DNA of 64,000 bases from a virus. The stretch is from positions 126,553-190,552 of IMG/VR virus record IMGVR_UViG_3300032293_001706. The stretch is one strand, 5' to 3'. A program made the position numbers and the translations under genes. Position 1 is the first letter of the stretch, and every line of letters starts with the position of its first letter. Of this stretch, positions 36,872 through 46,534 are shown one piece after another. A model generated the notes under the pieces. The model was not told where the DNA came from and made no database searches. It worked only from the letters and a program-made list of their open reading frames with translations.

Positions 36872-39093
36872 AAAAAACAATAACAATTAAAGAGTGTTTT
36901 AATTTATTTGAGAAATATGGTAACATAGGACTTAAAGTTAATACGCCATATGGATACAAAAATATTAATGGATGTGAGATAACGGAAAAAAATGCAAATA
37001 TTTTAAAAGTTGTGTTAGAAAATGACAAATATCTCGAATGTTCTATAAATCACAAAATAAAAACAAGTAAAGGGGATTTTGTTAAATCTTCAGAATTAAA
37101 TACAGATAGTTATGTTCAAACCAAAGAAGGCTCAATAAAAGTTAAGAGTGTTATTAATGAAGGATTAATCGAAGATTTATTCGATATTGAAGTTGATGAT
37201 GTCAGACAGTATTATTCTAATGATATAGTATCACACAATTCAGTTTTAAGCGTTGACTTACCTTTATTTTTATTTTTTAATACTACAACAAAAACAAGTA
37301 AAGCTGAGGAAATTTTTAACAGATTTAGTAATAAAGATAAAGTTTATGTGAAAGGTGAAATTAGAATTGATGGCGAAGATTATATTTTAGTAAGACAAAT
37401 AACAAGAAAACTATCCAAATCTGGTGAATGGAATGTTAAAACAGAATTAGATTTCTTTAAGAAATTACCAAACGGAGAATTACAAAATTTTACGGGAGAA
37501 CAAAGAAGAGAAACTGAAAGTTTTATCAAATCTTCAATTGGAACTATGGAAGATTTCTTAATGACCATTTTAACAACTGCGTCAAATTTGGAAGATTTAA
37601 TTGAATCAAAACCAACTGCTAGAGGACAAGTCTTATCAAGATTTTTAGGTTTGGAATTCTTAAAAAGAAAAGAAGAAATTGGTAAAGAGGTATATTCCAC
37701 TTTTAGTAAATCAATGATTTCAAATCTTTATAATACAGAAACACTGAAGAATGAAATTCTTGATTTAAATAATAGTATTCTAAAATATAGAAATGAGATT
37801 AATGACATTAATGAGAAAATATCTGATTGTAATCAAAAACTTGAAACAGGTAAAAAGTTTAAAGAAGAATTGTTATCTCAAAAGTATAATGACATTGACC
37901 ACGAATTATTAATTTTAAACCCAAATAACCTAAATAATGAAATTGAATCGGTTAAAAATAAAATTAGTGATATAGATAGACAGATTCAACAAATAAAAGT
38001 TATTGAACCCAAAGAGTTTTATCACGAAGATAAACATGATGAAATCAAAGACCAAATATCTACCAAACATAAACAAAAAACAATGGTTGATATTAAAATT
38101 GATGGATTAGTTCAATTATCTAAAACTGTTTCAGGAGGAATTAAATGTGAACATTGTGGCATTGATTTAATGAATGCTCAAATCACAGCTGCAAAACTTG
38201 CCGAGATGGATTCATTAAGAAATGAAAGTAGAATATTTGGGGATGAAATTTCTGAATTGCAAATACAAGAAAAAGGTTATGTACAACTTAAAAAAGATTT
38301 TGATGAATACGAGAGAAATAAACTAATCAAAGAAAAGTATGAACTAAGTCTTGAGTCTGAAAATTTAAAACTTGAAAAGCATCAAAGCAAATTGGAAAGG
38401 TATTATGAAGTTCAAGAAAAAATTCAAAAAAACAAACAGATTGAAGAAAAATTAATCAAGGCTAACTTACGTATTGAGGAAATTGAAAGAGATAAAACAC
38501 AATACAATAATAAGATATCTTCAAATAATACAATGATTGGAAATTTTGAAAAAGATATTGCACAAAAGAATGATAAGATTTTAAAAATTGCTGAAGAATT
38601 TGAAAAAGAAAAAATCTACAAAACTTATTTGGACATCTATGGTAAAAATGGAATATCAAAATTAATAATGAAGACAATGATGCCTCTGATAAATGATGAA
38701 CTACAAAGATTGTTACAGGATAGTGCATTTTTTAGATTAGAAGTAAGAATTAACGATAAGAATGAAGTTGAATTTATCATGATTGATAATAATACTCAAG
38801 TTGAAAAGTTGATGTCTTCAGGTTCGGGTTATGAAAGAACAATTGCTTCACTGGCTTTAAGAGCGGTATTAAGTAAGATATGTTCATTACCAAAACCAAA
38901 TATAGTTGTAATGGATGAAGTATTCGGGAAAATATCAAATGATAATCTTGATATGGTAGGTGACTTTTTCGTTAAGATTAAAGAATATTTTGAGAAAATT
39001 TTTGTTATTAGTCACAACCCTTTGATAAATAACTGGGCGGATAATACTGTTAGGATTACTAAGTCAGATAATATATCAAAAGTGATTCAGTAA
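36868..39093 (+). CDS. 124-aa split-intein C fragment fused to SbcC/Rad50/gp46 C-terminal part
   Basis: Intein block B CSINH, block F LFDIEV, terminal SHN|S (Asn ends 37239); zinc hook CEHC, signature SSGSGYE, Walker B VVMDE. Confidence 0.9.
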   Translation: MKKTITIKECFNLFEKYGNIGLKVNTPYGYKNINGCEITEKNANILKVVLENDKYLECSINHKIKTSKGDFVKSSELNTDSYVQTKEGSIKVKSVINEGLIEDLFDIEVDDVRQYYSNDIVSHNSVLSVDLPLFLFFNTTTKTSKAEEIFNRFSNKDKVYVKGEIRIDGEDYILVRQITRKLSKSGEWNVKTELDFFKKLPNGELQNFTGEQRRETESFIKSSIGTMEDFLMTILTTASNLEDLIESKPTARGQVLSRFLGLEFLKRKEEIGKEVYSTFSKSMISNLYNTETLKNEILDLNNSILKYRNEINDINEKISDCNQKLETGKKFKEELLSQKYNDIDHELLILNPNNLNNEIESVKNKISDIDRQIQQIKVIEPKEFYHEDKHDEIKDQISTKHKQKTMVDIKIDGLVQLSKTVSGGIKCEHCGIDLMNAQITAAKLAEMDSLRNESRIFGDEISELQIQEKGYVQLKKDFDEYERNKLIKEKYELSLESENLKLEKHQSKLERYYEVQEKIQKNKQIEEKLIKANLRIEEIERDKTQYNNKISSNNTMIGNFEKDIAQKNDKILKIAEEFEKEKIYKTYLDIYGKNGISKLIMKTMMPLINDELQRLLQDSAFFRLEVRINDKNEVEFIMIDNNTQVEKLMSSGSGYERTIASLALRAVLSKICSLPKPNIVVMDEVFGKISNDNLDMVGDFFVKIKEYFEKIFVISHNPLINNWADNTVRITKSDNISKVIQ

Positions 39094-39097
39094 GGTC

Positions 39098-39643
39098 TTA
39101 CTTACCTTTTACACTTTTGGAACCTCTTTTTTGGTTTATCTTTGCAACCGCTTTATAAACCCTCTCAATTAAAGAATCACCATATAAAACATATAGTGTT
39201 TCAATAATTGACTGAGGGTTTTTTCTCATGTACCTTAATACATCATCAGGTACTTGGTCCCAATATTTACCAAAAATAGTTGATAATTCAAATTCACGGG
39301 GCATTTTTGATACCCAAGGTTCAACAGTGAAATTATCTTCATCACTTTCTTGAACCATATCTTTCCTTTTTAGTTCGTTCATCAAAAAATCGAACACTTG
39401 GTCCATATTATTCTTGGCTTCAGAAATATGGTCTGCAGCCCAATCGTGACCATCATTAAGAATACCATCCACTTCATCATGGTTTAATTCTAATAATTTC
39501 TCCGCTTGTCTGTGCATTTGAGAAAGATTACTAAAGAACATATAGTACTCAATTTCTGACATATTTCCTTCATTCAGTTTGTCTTTCTGAATTTTTTTAA
39601 CTAATTTTGAAAGCTGAGATTCATTAACGATAATTGTTTTCAT
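39098..39643 (-). CDS. Hypothetical protein (IxNESQL/LNE-motif family)
   Basis: MKTIIVNESQLSKLVKKIQKDKLNEG; TATTTAT motif on the minus strand at 39658-64. Confidence 0.6.
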   Translation of the reverse strand: MKTIIVNESQLSKLVKKIQKDKLNEGNMSEIEYYMFFSNLSQMHRQAEKLLELNHDEVDGILNDGHDWAADHISEAKNNMDQVFDFLMNELKRKDMVQESDEDNFTVEPWVSKMPREFELSTIFGKYWDQVPDDVLRYMRKNPQSIIETLYVLYGDSLIERVYKAVAKINQKRGSKSVKGK

Positions 39644-39663
39644 AAAAATATTTACAGATAAAT

Positions 39664-40200
39664 ATGCGGAAGAGCAGAAAAAGTGACGAAAAAACTAAAT
39701 ACTTTTTAGTTGCGTTTGGAGACTTTAGTGGTAAAAAAGAGTTACTTACACAAATACTTATGCAGTTTCAACCAATATTAGCATCTAACTTCCTAAAATT
39801 TAATTTTGGTGATGATTATATATTAGCCCATTTTGAAACTAATGAAAAACATAGGGATGTAATAGAGTTTTGTGATATCATTTTGTCAGGTACATTAAAA
39901 AATTATATGGTCATACCACATAATAAAGATGTCTTTATATCCTTTCCGACAAATTTTAAAGATTTTTTACTTGATTTGGATAGTAATACAAAATTTGAGA
40001 ATGACATAATGTCAGTAGATGATTTCACGGATGAAGATGAAGAGATAATGGAACAAATATTGTCAGCGATGCTCCACCAAAAAGAAATTGAACCTAAAAT
40101 ATCATTAAACGAGTTATTGGAGAAGGTACATACCAAAGGATTTAAAAATTTAACAAAAAAAGAAAAAAACATACTTTATGAATATTCAAAAAGAGTCTAA
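39664..40200 (+). CDS. Hypothetical protein
   Basis: C-terminal LNELLEKVHTKGFKNLTKKE motif; overlaps the sigma gene. Confidence 0.55.
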   Translation: MRKSRKSDEKTKYFLVAFGDFSGKKELLTQILMQFQPILASNFLKFNFGDDYILAHFETNEKHRDVIEFCDIILSGTLKNYMVIPHNKDVFISFPTNFKDFLLDLDSNTKFENDIMSVDDFTDEDEEIMEQILSAMLHQKEIEPKISLNELLEKVHTKGFKNLTKKEKNILYEYSKRV

Positions 40201-41002
40201 CACATTTTCAAAAAACACAGGTGTAATCAATCAAGAAGAAATTTCTTCATACCTTAAAGACATTAGAAAACTAAAAGTAATGACAGTAGAACGAGAAAAA
40301 GAACTGTCTGAAAGAATGTTATCGGGTGAATGTAGTGAAAGAGAAAAACAAGAAATTTACAATGAACTTCTCGAAGGTAATCTCAGATTTGTAATTACTG
40401 TTGCAAAACAATATCAAAACCAAGGGTTGGATTTACCAGACCTAATTGCTGAAGGTAATTTGGGTCTTATGAAGGCTATTCAGAGTTTTGATTGGTCAAA
40501 GAAACTTAGGTTTATATCATATGCCGTATGGTGGGTTAAACAGTCAATTATTCAATCATTGAATGAAAATGCAAGAACAATTAGACTTCCTGTTAACGTA
40601 GTACAAGAATTGCATAAAGCAAAAAAAGAAGTTGAAAAAGGATTGTCAGAATTAGATGACAAGTTTTCCATACTACCATCAACGATTAACTTGGAGTCAA
40701 CCATTAATGAAGACGGTGACACATTGCTGGACATGATTGAAAACCCAAACGCAATTCAACCAGATGAAGAATTAAATAATGAACACAATATTAAAGACAA
40801 ACTTATGTCAACAATGAAAGTTTTAGATGAACGAGAAAGGGCAATTGTTGAAGATTATTTTGGTCTAACAGGTACTCCAAGAACCTTGGAAGATATTGGG
40901 GAAGACTTTAACCTAACAAAGGAAAGGGTTAGACAAATTAAAGAAAAAGCTTTGAGAAAGTTGAGAAACGAATGTTCTATACTTTTAGACTATTTGCAAT
41001 AA
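40178..41002 (+). CDS. RNA polymerase sigma-70 factor, Bacteroidota primary-sigma-like
   Basis: NLRFVITVAKQYQNQGLDLPDLIAEGNLGL, FISYAVWWVKQSI, RTIRLP, region 4 TLEDIG..FNLTKERVRQIKEKALRKLR; no region 1.1. Confidence 0.92.
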   Translation: MNIQKESNTFSKNTGVINQEEISSYLKDIRKLKVMTVEREKELSERMLSGECSEREKQEIYNELLEGNLRFVITVAKQYQNQGLDLPDLIAEGNLGLMKAIQSFDWSKKLRFISYAVWWVKQSIIQSLNENARTIRLPVNVVQELHKAKKEVEKGLSELDDKFSILPSTINLESTINEDGDTLLDMIENPNAIQPDEELNNEHNIKDKLMSTMKVLDERERAIVEDYFGLTGTPRTLEDIGEDFNLTKERVRQIKEKALRKLRNECSILLDYLQ

Positions 41003-41028
41003 AATTATATTTATAAATTAAAAACATT

Positions 41029-41313
41029 ATGAAATTTTTAGATTTTTTGAAAAAAAACCAACAACAAATATTGGTATTTCTTTTTATTCTTCTTCTATTT
41101 AGAACTTGTGGAGTTGGTTCAGAGGTTACAAGATTAAGAAAAGAAGTTGAATCACAAAGGAAAATATTGGTTAACTTACCAACAAAGAACGACATTAAGA
41201 TTGAAGGTCTTAAAGTTGAAAAAAGAATGATTCAATCAACAGACAGAACTATGATGGATGTTGAACGTCAAAATGAAATTGAAAGAGAAATAGAAAAAAT
41301 ACAATCAAAGTAA
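41029..41313 (+). CDS. Small membrane-anchored protein (lysis cluster)
   Basis: N-terminal hydrophobic segment; TATTTAT motif at 41008-14. Confidence 0.5.
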   Translation: MKFLDFLKKNQQQILVFLFILLLFRTCGVGSEVTRLRKEVESQRKILVNLPTKNDIKIEGLKVEKRMIQSTDRTMMDVERQNEIEREIEKIQSK

Positions 41314-41315
41314 AA

Positions 41316-42170
41316 ATGAAAAAGTGGTTAAATAAAAATCTTAATTCTGTTATTATTGGAAGTTTTCTTATTCCAATTCTACTGGTTGCATTTGTATCAA
41401 TATCGCACGTAACAACTTTCTATAAACTTTCTAACCCATTTGTATGGGCTATTTATCTATCAGTTGCAGTTGAGGTGGCAGCTCTTGCGGCTCTTGCTGG
41501 TGTATCAGCAAAGTTTGGAAAATTTATTTATATACCTTTTGGTATTGTTACGTTAATACAGTTTATAGGTAATTTCTTTTTTTCATATACTTGGATTAAT
41601 ATTAACTCTAAAGAATTTAAGGATTGGGTTGATATGGTAGGGGCAATTTTAGAACCAATGGGTATTGATTCTGCCGACCTATCTAGTCAAAGAAGAGTCC
41701 TTGGATTTTTAACAGGTGGTTTACTACCATTCATTTCATTAACTTTCGCACACATGTTGATTGTTTATTCGAATAAAATAAAAGATGAAGTTGTTGAGAA
41801 AGTCGACACTAATCAAGTTGAAAAGAATAACCGTTCAAAAAAGAATAAACAAAACGATGATATGGTTAAAGTTGAAGATTTGACCGAAAAAGATATTGAA
41901 AGAATATCAAGAAGAACCGCAAGGAGAGAAAAAGAAAGAATGGATAAAGAAAAACCATATGTTCCATCACAAGAAGACTTGGAAAAATTAAAAAATATTA
42001 TGGAAAAACAATTTGGATTTACTGAACCTAAAAATGAAAACCAAGAAATAAAGGTTGAGGATAATACCCCACAAGTTACCCCTGAACCAAGTTATTTTGT
42101 TGATGATGAACCGGTAATGGACGAAGAAAATAAATCGAATAGATTGGTTTATTCAAAAGATGAAGGATGA
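41316..42170 (+). CDS. Multi-pass membrane protein, holin candidate
   Basis: Four hydrophobic segments and a charged tail; directly upstream of the amidase. Confidence 0.45.
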   Translation: MKKWLNKNLNSVIIGSFLIPILLVAFVSISHVTTFYKLSNPFVWAIYLSVAVEVAALAALAGVSAKFGKFIYIPFGIVTLIQFIGNFFFSYTWININSKEFKDWVDMVGAILEPMGIDSADLSSQRRVLGFLTGGLLPFISLTFAHMLIVYSNKIKDEVVEKVDTNQVEKNNRSKKNKQNDDMVKVEDLTEKDIERISRRTARREKERMDKEKPYVPSQEDLEKLKNIMEKQFGFTEPKNENQEIKVEDNTPQVTPEPSYFVDDEPVMDEENKSNRLVYSKDEG

Positions 42171-42720
42171 AAGTCAAGGGAAATCCCAAATTATATTAAC
42201 ACACACGTCAAGAATAGGAGAGGATTACTTAAAATCTCTCGATTTTAGATATAATGGTAACTACGATAAGTTACCACATTATCTTATTTTAAAAACGGGT
42301 GAAATTAAAAAAATATTGGACGAAAGTAAAAGCTCCAATTTTTTTGATTTAAAAAAAATTAACGATAATTCTATAATTATTTCTTTGGAGAACTTAGGTT
42401 GGCTAAATAAAATACCCAACTCAAATAAGTTCTCCAATTGGATTGGAAATAAAGTGGAAAAAGTTAAAGAAAAAAGGTGGAGATTAAAATCATATTGGGA
42501 TTTATATACTGAAGAACAGACAGAATCATTAATTAAATTATGTAATGAAGTCTGTGAAAGACATCAAATAGAGAAAAAATTTATTGGGAATAATACCTTA
42601 ATTTCGGGTGCTGAGAACTTTAAAGGTATAATAACAAGAAGTAATTTAAAAGAAGATTACACAGATTTGTCGCCATCTTTCAACTTCGTATATTTATTAG
42701 AAAGATTTAACTATGAATAA
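42160..42720 (+). CDS. N-acetylmuramoyl-L-alanine amidase (Amidase_2-like)
   Basis: IILTHT, PHYLI...G.I, IIISLEN, EQTESLIKLC, DLSPSF. Confidence 0.65.
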   Translation: MKDESQGKSQIILTHTSRIGEDYLKSLDFRYNGNYDKLPHYLILKTGEIKKILDESKSSNFFDLKKINDNSIIISLENLGWLNKIPNSNKFSNWIGNKVEKVKEKRWRLKSYWDLYTEEQTESLIKLCNEVCERHQIEKKFIGNNTLISGAENFKGIITRSNLKEDYTDLSPSFNFVYLLERFNYE

Positions 42721-43249
42721 CGAGTATGATGAAATAAAAAATCTACTAAAGAAAAGTAGAATGTTGACCGAACAAACAGGTCCTGGTCCAATTAATCTTG
42801 CAAAAGATATTGAAAAAAACGTAACACAAAGTGTTGAGGTTGAAGAAGGAACACCAAAAGAAAAGAATAAGAAATACAGAATATCGGGGGGTATTTTATC
42901 TATATATGGTGACACAACAACTGAAATAACGTTAACCACAGATGATAAAATTGCATTTCAGGAAACAATGGATGAATTTGTTAATGAAGTTTCTGATTTG
43001 GTTGATTTTGAACCTTTAAATTTATATAAAAACTCTGTTGAATGGAGCGGAAAAATTATTGACTTTGATGTTGAGTTTTTTATGACTATTGGTGAGGAAA
43101 ATGGAGTTTATATAAATGGGAATCAATTAAAACTTGATGAAAAGTTTATGGATGTAATTTCTAAATTGGTGACTTTTTATAATAAGTTTAAATCTAAATG
43201 GGCTAGAGTAATAGCATCTAAGAAAAAAACTAAAGTAACTCAAAAATAA
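42713..43249 (+). CDS. Hypothetical protein
   Basis: Coupled ORF; LKKSRMLTEQ motif. Confidence 0.55.
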   Translation: MNNEYDEIKNLLKKSRMLTEQTGPGPINLAKDIEKNVTQSVEVEEGTPKEKNKKYRISGGILSIYGDTTTEITLTTDDKIAFQETMDEFVNEVSDLVDFEPLNLYKNSVEWSGKIIDFDVEFFMTIGEENGVYINGNQLKLDEKFMDVISKLVTFYNKFKSKWARVIASKKKTKVTQK

Positions 43250-43250
43250 T

Positions 43251-43541
43251 ATGAAAAGAAGAATTAAATTAACAGAATCAGAATTGATTAAATTGATAAC
43301 TCGTGTTATTAATGAGCAAGATGATGTCAGAAGTAGTAAATTATCTTTTGATGAATATATTGGTGATATCGTAGATGAACTTAATAAAAGATTTGATTTA
43401 ACATCAAAAGAAATTGACGAAATAGTTGAATGGTATAGAGATGATATAGAAGATGGTTTCTTTGGTGGTAAAGGATATATTAATGCAAAAACATTAGTCA
43501 ATTCTTTTGTTACGGATGGAAAACTGAAATGGAAAAGATAA
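43251..43541 (+). CDS. Hypothetical protein (KLTESEL..LI..VINE family)
   Basis: MKRRIKLTESELIKLITRVINEQ. Confidence 0.55.
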   Translation: MKRRIKLTESELIKLITRVINEQDDVRSSKLSFDEYIGDIVDELNKRFDLTSKEIDEIVEWYRDDIEDGFFGGKGYINAKTLVNSFVTDGKLKWKR

Positions 43542-43715
43542 TTTATTACTTATAACGCCTGAATAATCTAATTCATAAGTTTTTGATGGCATTTCTTCTT
43601 CGTACACATCTAAAAAGTTTTTTTTTTGAAGAACACTCATCAGAATTGAATACAAGCGGTATATCTGATATTTATATAAGAACAATAAAATTTATGGTTG
43701 TAAATAAAAAATAAT

Positions 43716-44060
43716 ATGAAAGTATTTAACATATTTTTATCATTAGCTGTCGTTTTTTTAATCATTTTAAGTTTTGAATTTTATTTTGGTAGAAGTAAAA
43801 CTAATATAGAAATTGAAAAAATTAGGAGACAAAACGATTCTCTTTTTTTAGTTATTTCACAAAACAATCATCTTATTGATAGTATTGGGAAGAATAATGA
43901 AATTTTATTTTCCAAAAATGATTCATTAAAACAAAGATTAACAACTCTAAACCAAAAATCTGAAAATTATAGAAAACAACATGAAAAAGATATTGACTAC
44001 ATTAATGATTTGTCTGATAACGATATTGCCAAACTATTCGCAGACAAGTTCAACGATTAA
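43716..44060 (+). CDS. Membrane-anchored coiled-coil protein, i-spanin-like
   Basis: N-terminal TM segment plus coiled coil; overlaps the next ORF. Confidence 0.45.
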   Translation: MKVFNIFLSLAVVFLIILSFEFYFGRSKTNIEIEKIRRQNDSLFLVISQNNHLIDSIGKNNEILFSKNDSLKQRLTTLNQKSENYRKQHEKDIDYINDLSDNDIAKLFADKFND

Positions 44061-44397
44061 TAGTAAAGACACAATGGTAATGGTTCCAGTATCATCATTA
44101 AGAAAGGCATTAATAGTACTAGAAGAAAAAAAATATTGTAATCAACAACTTGGTATTGTTAGAGACAGTATTTTAAATCAAAAAGAGATTATTAATAATA
44201 ATGATACAATCATTTCAAATCAGAATAAGGTAATATCACTTTTATCTGAAAATAATAAAAATTATGAGAAAATTATAATAAATAAAGATACGGAAATTAA
44301 ACATTACCAAAATCTTTATAACAAAGAAAAAAGAAACAAGTGGATTGCCATTGGTGGAGGAGCGTTCACATTTATAGTTTCAATTTTCTTTTTGTGA
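43981..44397 (+). CDS. Signal-peptide coiled-coil protein with C-terminal TM, spanin-partner-like
   Basis: Signal-like N-terminus, coiled coil, KWIAIGGGAFTFIVSIFFL; 80-nt overlap with the previous ORF. Confidence 0.45.
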   Translation: MKKILTTLMICLITILPNYSQTSSTINSKDTMVMVPVSSLRKALIVLEEKKYCNQQLGIVRDSILNQKEIINNNDTIISNQNKVISLLSENNKNYEKIIINKDTEIKHYQNLYNKEKRNKWIAIGGGAFTFIVSIFFL

Positions 44398-44404
44398 TAT
44401 TTAT

Positions 44405-45763
44405 ATGACACCACCGAAAAACCCACAAATCTTTAGTTTGTGGGATGTAAGGTGATTTTAATTTAACATAAATTATTTTTTTTTCAAAAAATGAAACTTT
44501 TTGTAATTTAATATATATTTATACTATATAAGGTAATTTAGTATAAATGTTAAAATCATATAAATATAAACTTAATCCGAATGAGGAGCAAATTGTTTTG
44601 TTAAATAAACATTTTGGTTCTATTAGGTTTGCGTATAATTATTTTCTTAATGAAAGAAAAAAAGAATATGAAACAAATAAGCAAAGTTTAAATTATTATG
44701 ATAATGCAAAATCATTAACCGAACTAAAAAAACAAGAAGAATACTCTTGGTTAAACGAAATTAATTCACAATCATTACAAGTATCATTAAAACATTTGGA
44801 TGATGCATATAACGGATTTTTTAAAAAAAGAACAGGTTTTCCAAAATTTAAATCAAAACACACAAAAAATAGTTTTAAGGTTCCACAGTTTGTTAAATTG
44901 GAAAAAGGCAAGTTAAAAATACCAAAATTTAATAAGGCAATTGATGTTATTTTACATAGAAGTTTTAATGGCAAAATTAAATCTTGTACAATATCAAAAA
45001 CACCAACAAATGAATATTTTGTTTCCATCCTTGTGGAAACCAAACATAAGAAATTGGACAAAACCGGAAAATCAATCGGGATTGATTTGGGGCTGAAAGA
45101 TTTTCTTACAACCAGCGATGGTTATAAATATAAAAATAATCGTTATACAAAAACTTATCAAACATTACTTAAAAAAGCTCAACAACATTTGAGTAGAAAA
45201 ACAAGAGGTTCAAACAAATATCAAAAACAAAAACTGAAAGTTGCAAAACTACACAAGAAGATAACCAATTCTCGTTTAGATAATTTGCACAAAGTATCCA
45301 CAGATTTGATTCGAAAATACGATTTAATTGTATTAGAAGACTTAAATATTAAAGGAATAATTAAAAATCATAAACTTTCAAAACATATTGCTGATGCCAG
45401 TTGGTCAAAGTTCATAGAACTTTTAAAATATAAAGCGGAATGGAATGAAAAAGAAATTGTTAGAATTGATAGATTTTTTCCTTCCAGTAAAACTTGCAAT
45501 TGTTGTGGATATATAAATCAAAATCTAAAATTAAATATGAGAGAATGGACTTGTCCATCTTGTAATACAAAATTAGATAGAGATTTAAATGCTAGCCAAA
45601 ACATCCTTAATGAAGGATATAAAATAATATCGGACGGGACATCCGATAACAGAAGTCGAGGCGAAATAAGACCAACTTTAGTTGGCACAACCGATGAAAC
45701 TTTTAAAGTTCTGAATATTTATAATTCAGAAGCCCAACCATCTTTAGTGGTTGGGTAGTTCAC
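44405..45763 (+). mobile_element. IS200/IS605-family (IS1341-like, tnpB-only) element
   Basis: Left hairpin CCCACAAA-TCTTTAG-TTTGTGGG (44422-44), right hairpin CCCAACCA-TCTTTAG-TGGTTGGG (45733-55), ending TAGTTCAC; preceded by TTTAT; no tnpA in the window. Confidence 0.8.
44547..45758 (+). CDS. tnpB: TnpB RNA-guided endonuclease
   Basis: HTH (KSYKYKLNP), RuvC-I GIDLGL, RuvC-II LEDLN, Zn ribbon CNCC...CPSC, RuvC-III DRDLNA; catalytic D-E-D intact. Confidence 0.95.
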   Translation: MLKSYKYKLNPNEEQIVLLNKHFGSIRFAYNYFLNERKKEYETNKQSLNYYDNAKSLTELKKQEEYSWLNEINSQSLQVSLKHLDDAYNGFFKKRTGFPKFKSKHTKNSFKVPQFVKLEKGKLKIPKFNKAIDVILHRSFNGKIKSCTISKTPTNEYFVSILVETKHKKLDKTGKSIGIDLGLKDFLTTSDGYKYKNNRYTKTYQTLLKKAQQHLSRKTRGSNKYQKQKLKVAKLHKKITNSRLDNLHKVSTDLIRKYDLIVLEDLNIKGIIKNHKLSKHIADASWSKFIELLKYKAEWNEKEIVRIDRFFPSSKTCNCCGYINQNLKLNMREWTCPSCNTKLDRDLNASQNILNEGYKIISDGTSDNRSRGEIRPTLVGTTDETFKVLNIYNSEAQPSLVVG

Positions 45764-45767
45764 AGTT

Positions 45768-46511
45768 ATGTCAAATCCAACGTCAAAAAAATTTCAGGAA
45801 GAAAAAGATAAGGTTTCGTTTGATAATGAATTCGCAAGGAAAATAAAAATAGAAAACGAAACTAAGGAAGCCACTTCATCTGCTGGCTCAGGACAATTCA
45901 CAGCACCGGCATTTTCTTTATTTGCCGATGAAGCCCCTAAAAAAACAAAACCTAAAGGAGGATTCGTTGAAATGAAAGAGAATAAATTAAAAGGAGGTGT
46001 TTCAGATGGTAAAACATTAGAAGATATTGCTAAAAAGCACAAAGTATCTTTATCATCAGTTATGAATCAATTTATTATGGGTATTAAGATTGAAAAAGAA
46101 CATACTGAAGATACAAACATTGCTGAAGAAATTGCAATGGACCACCTATATGAAGACCCAAATTATTATACCAATCTTAAAAGAATTGAAAAAGGTGAAT
46201 TTAAGGAAGCGACAGGGGCGGCATCTGCCGGTCAATATTCAGGACCATCATTTCTTGCAAAATCACAAAATAAAAAAGATTGGAGAGGAGCGGCAAAACC
46301 CCTATATAAAGGCGGAAAATTTGTAAGAGTTAAGAAGAAATGTAAAACATTTCCATATTGTAACCAAGGAGATATTAAAGCGTTAGAACTTTGGGAAGAC
46401 GATAAATTAACTGAAGCAATAAAAAACGTATCAAAAAGTAAAAAAATTCATGAAAATGTTATCAGAGCAATCATTTTAAATGAAATTGAGAAAAAACTTT
46501 TTGGTAATTAA
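45768..46511 (+). CDS. Hypothetical protein with DUF5661-like insert
   Basis: GIKIEKEHT...AEEIAMDHL.EDPNYYT segment flanked by two EAT.xA.xGQ(F/Y).P motifs. Confidence 0.55.
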   Translation: MSNPTSKKFQEEKDKVSFDNEFARKIKIENETKEATSSAGSGQFTAPAFSLFADEAPKKTKPKGGFVEMKENKLKGGVSDGKTLEDIAKKHKVSLSSVMNQFIMGIKIEKEHTEDTNIAEEIAMDHLYEDPNYYTNLKRIEKGEFKEATGAASAGQYSGPSFLAKSQNKKDWRGAAKPLYKGGKFVRVKKKCKTFPYCNQGDIKALELWEDDKLTEAIKNVSKSKKIHENVIRAIILNEIEKKLFGN

Positions 46512-46534
46512 AAGTATTTATATAGAAAAGAAAA

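Noticed and set aside
44547-45758. TnpB as the effector for the arrays (Cas12-like)
   Set aside because: It has both IS ends and its own right-end guide region, lies more than 14 kb from any array, and shares only a GACACC hexamer with the repeats.
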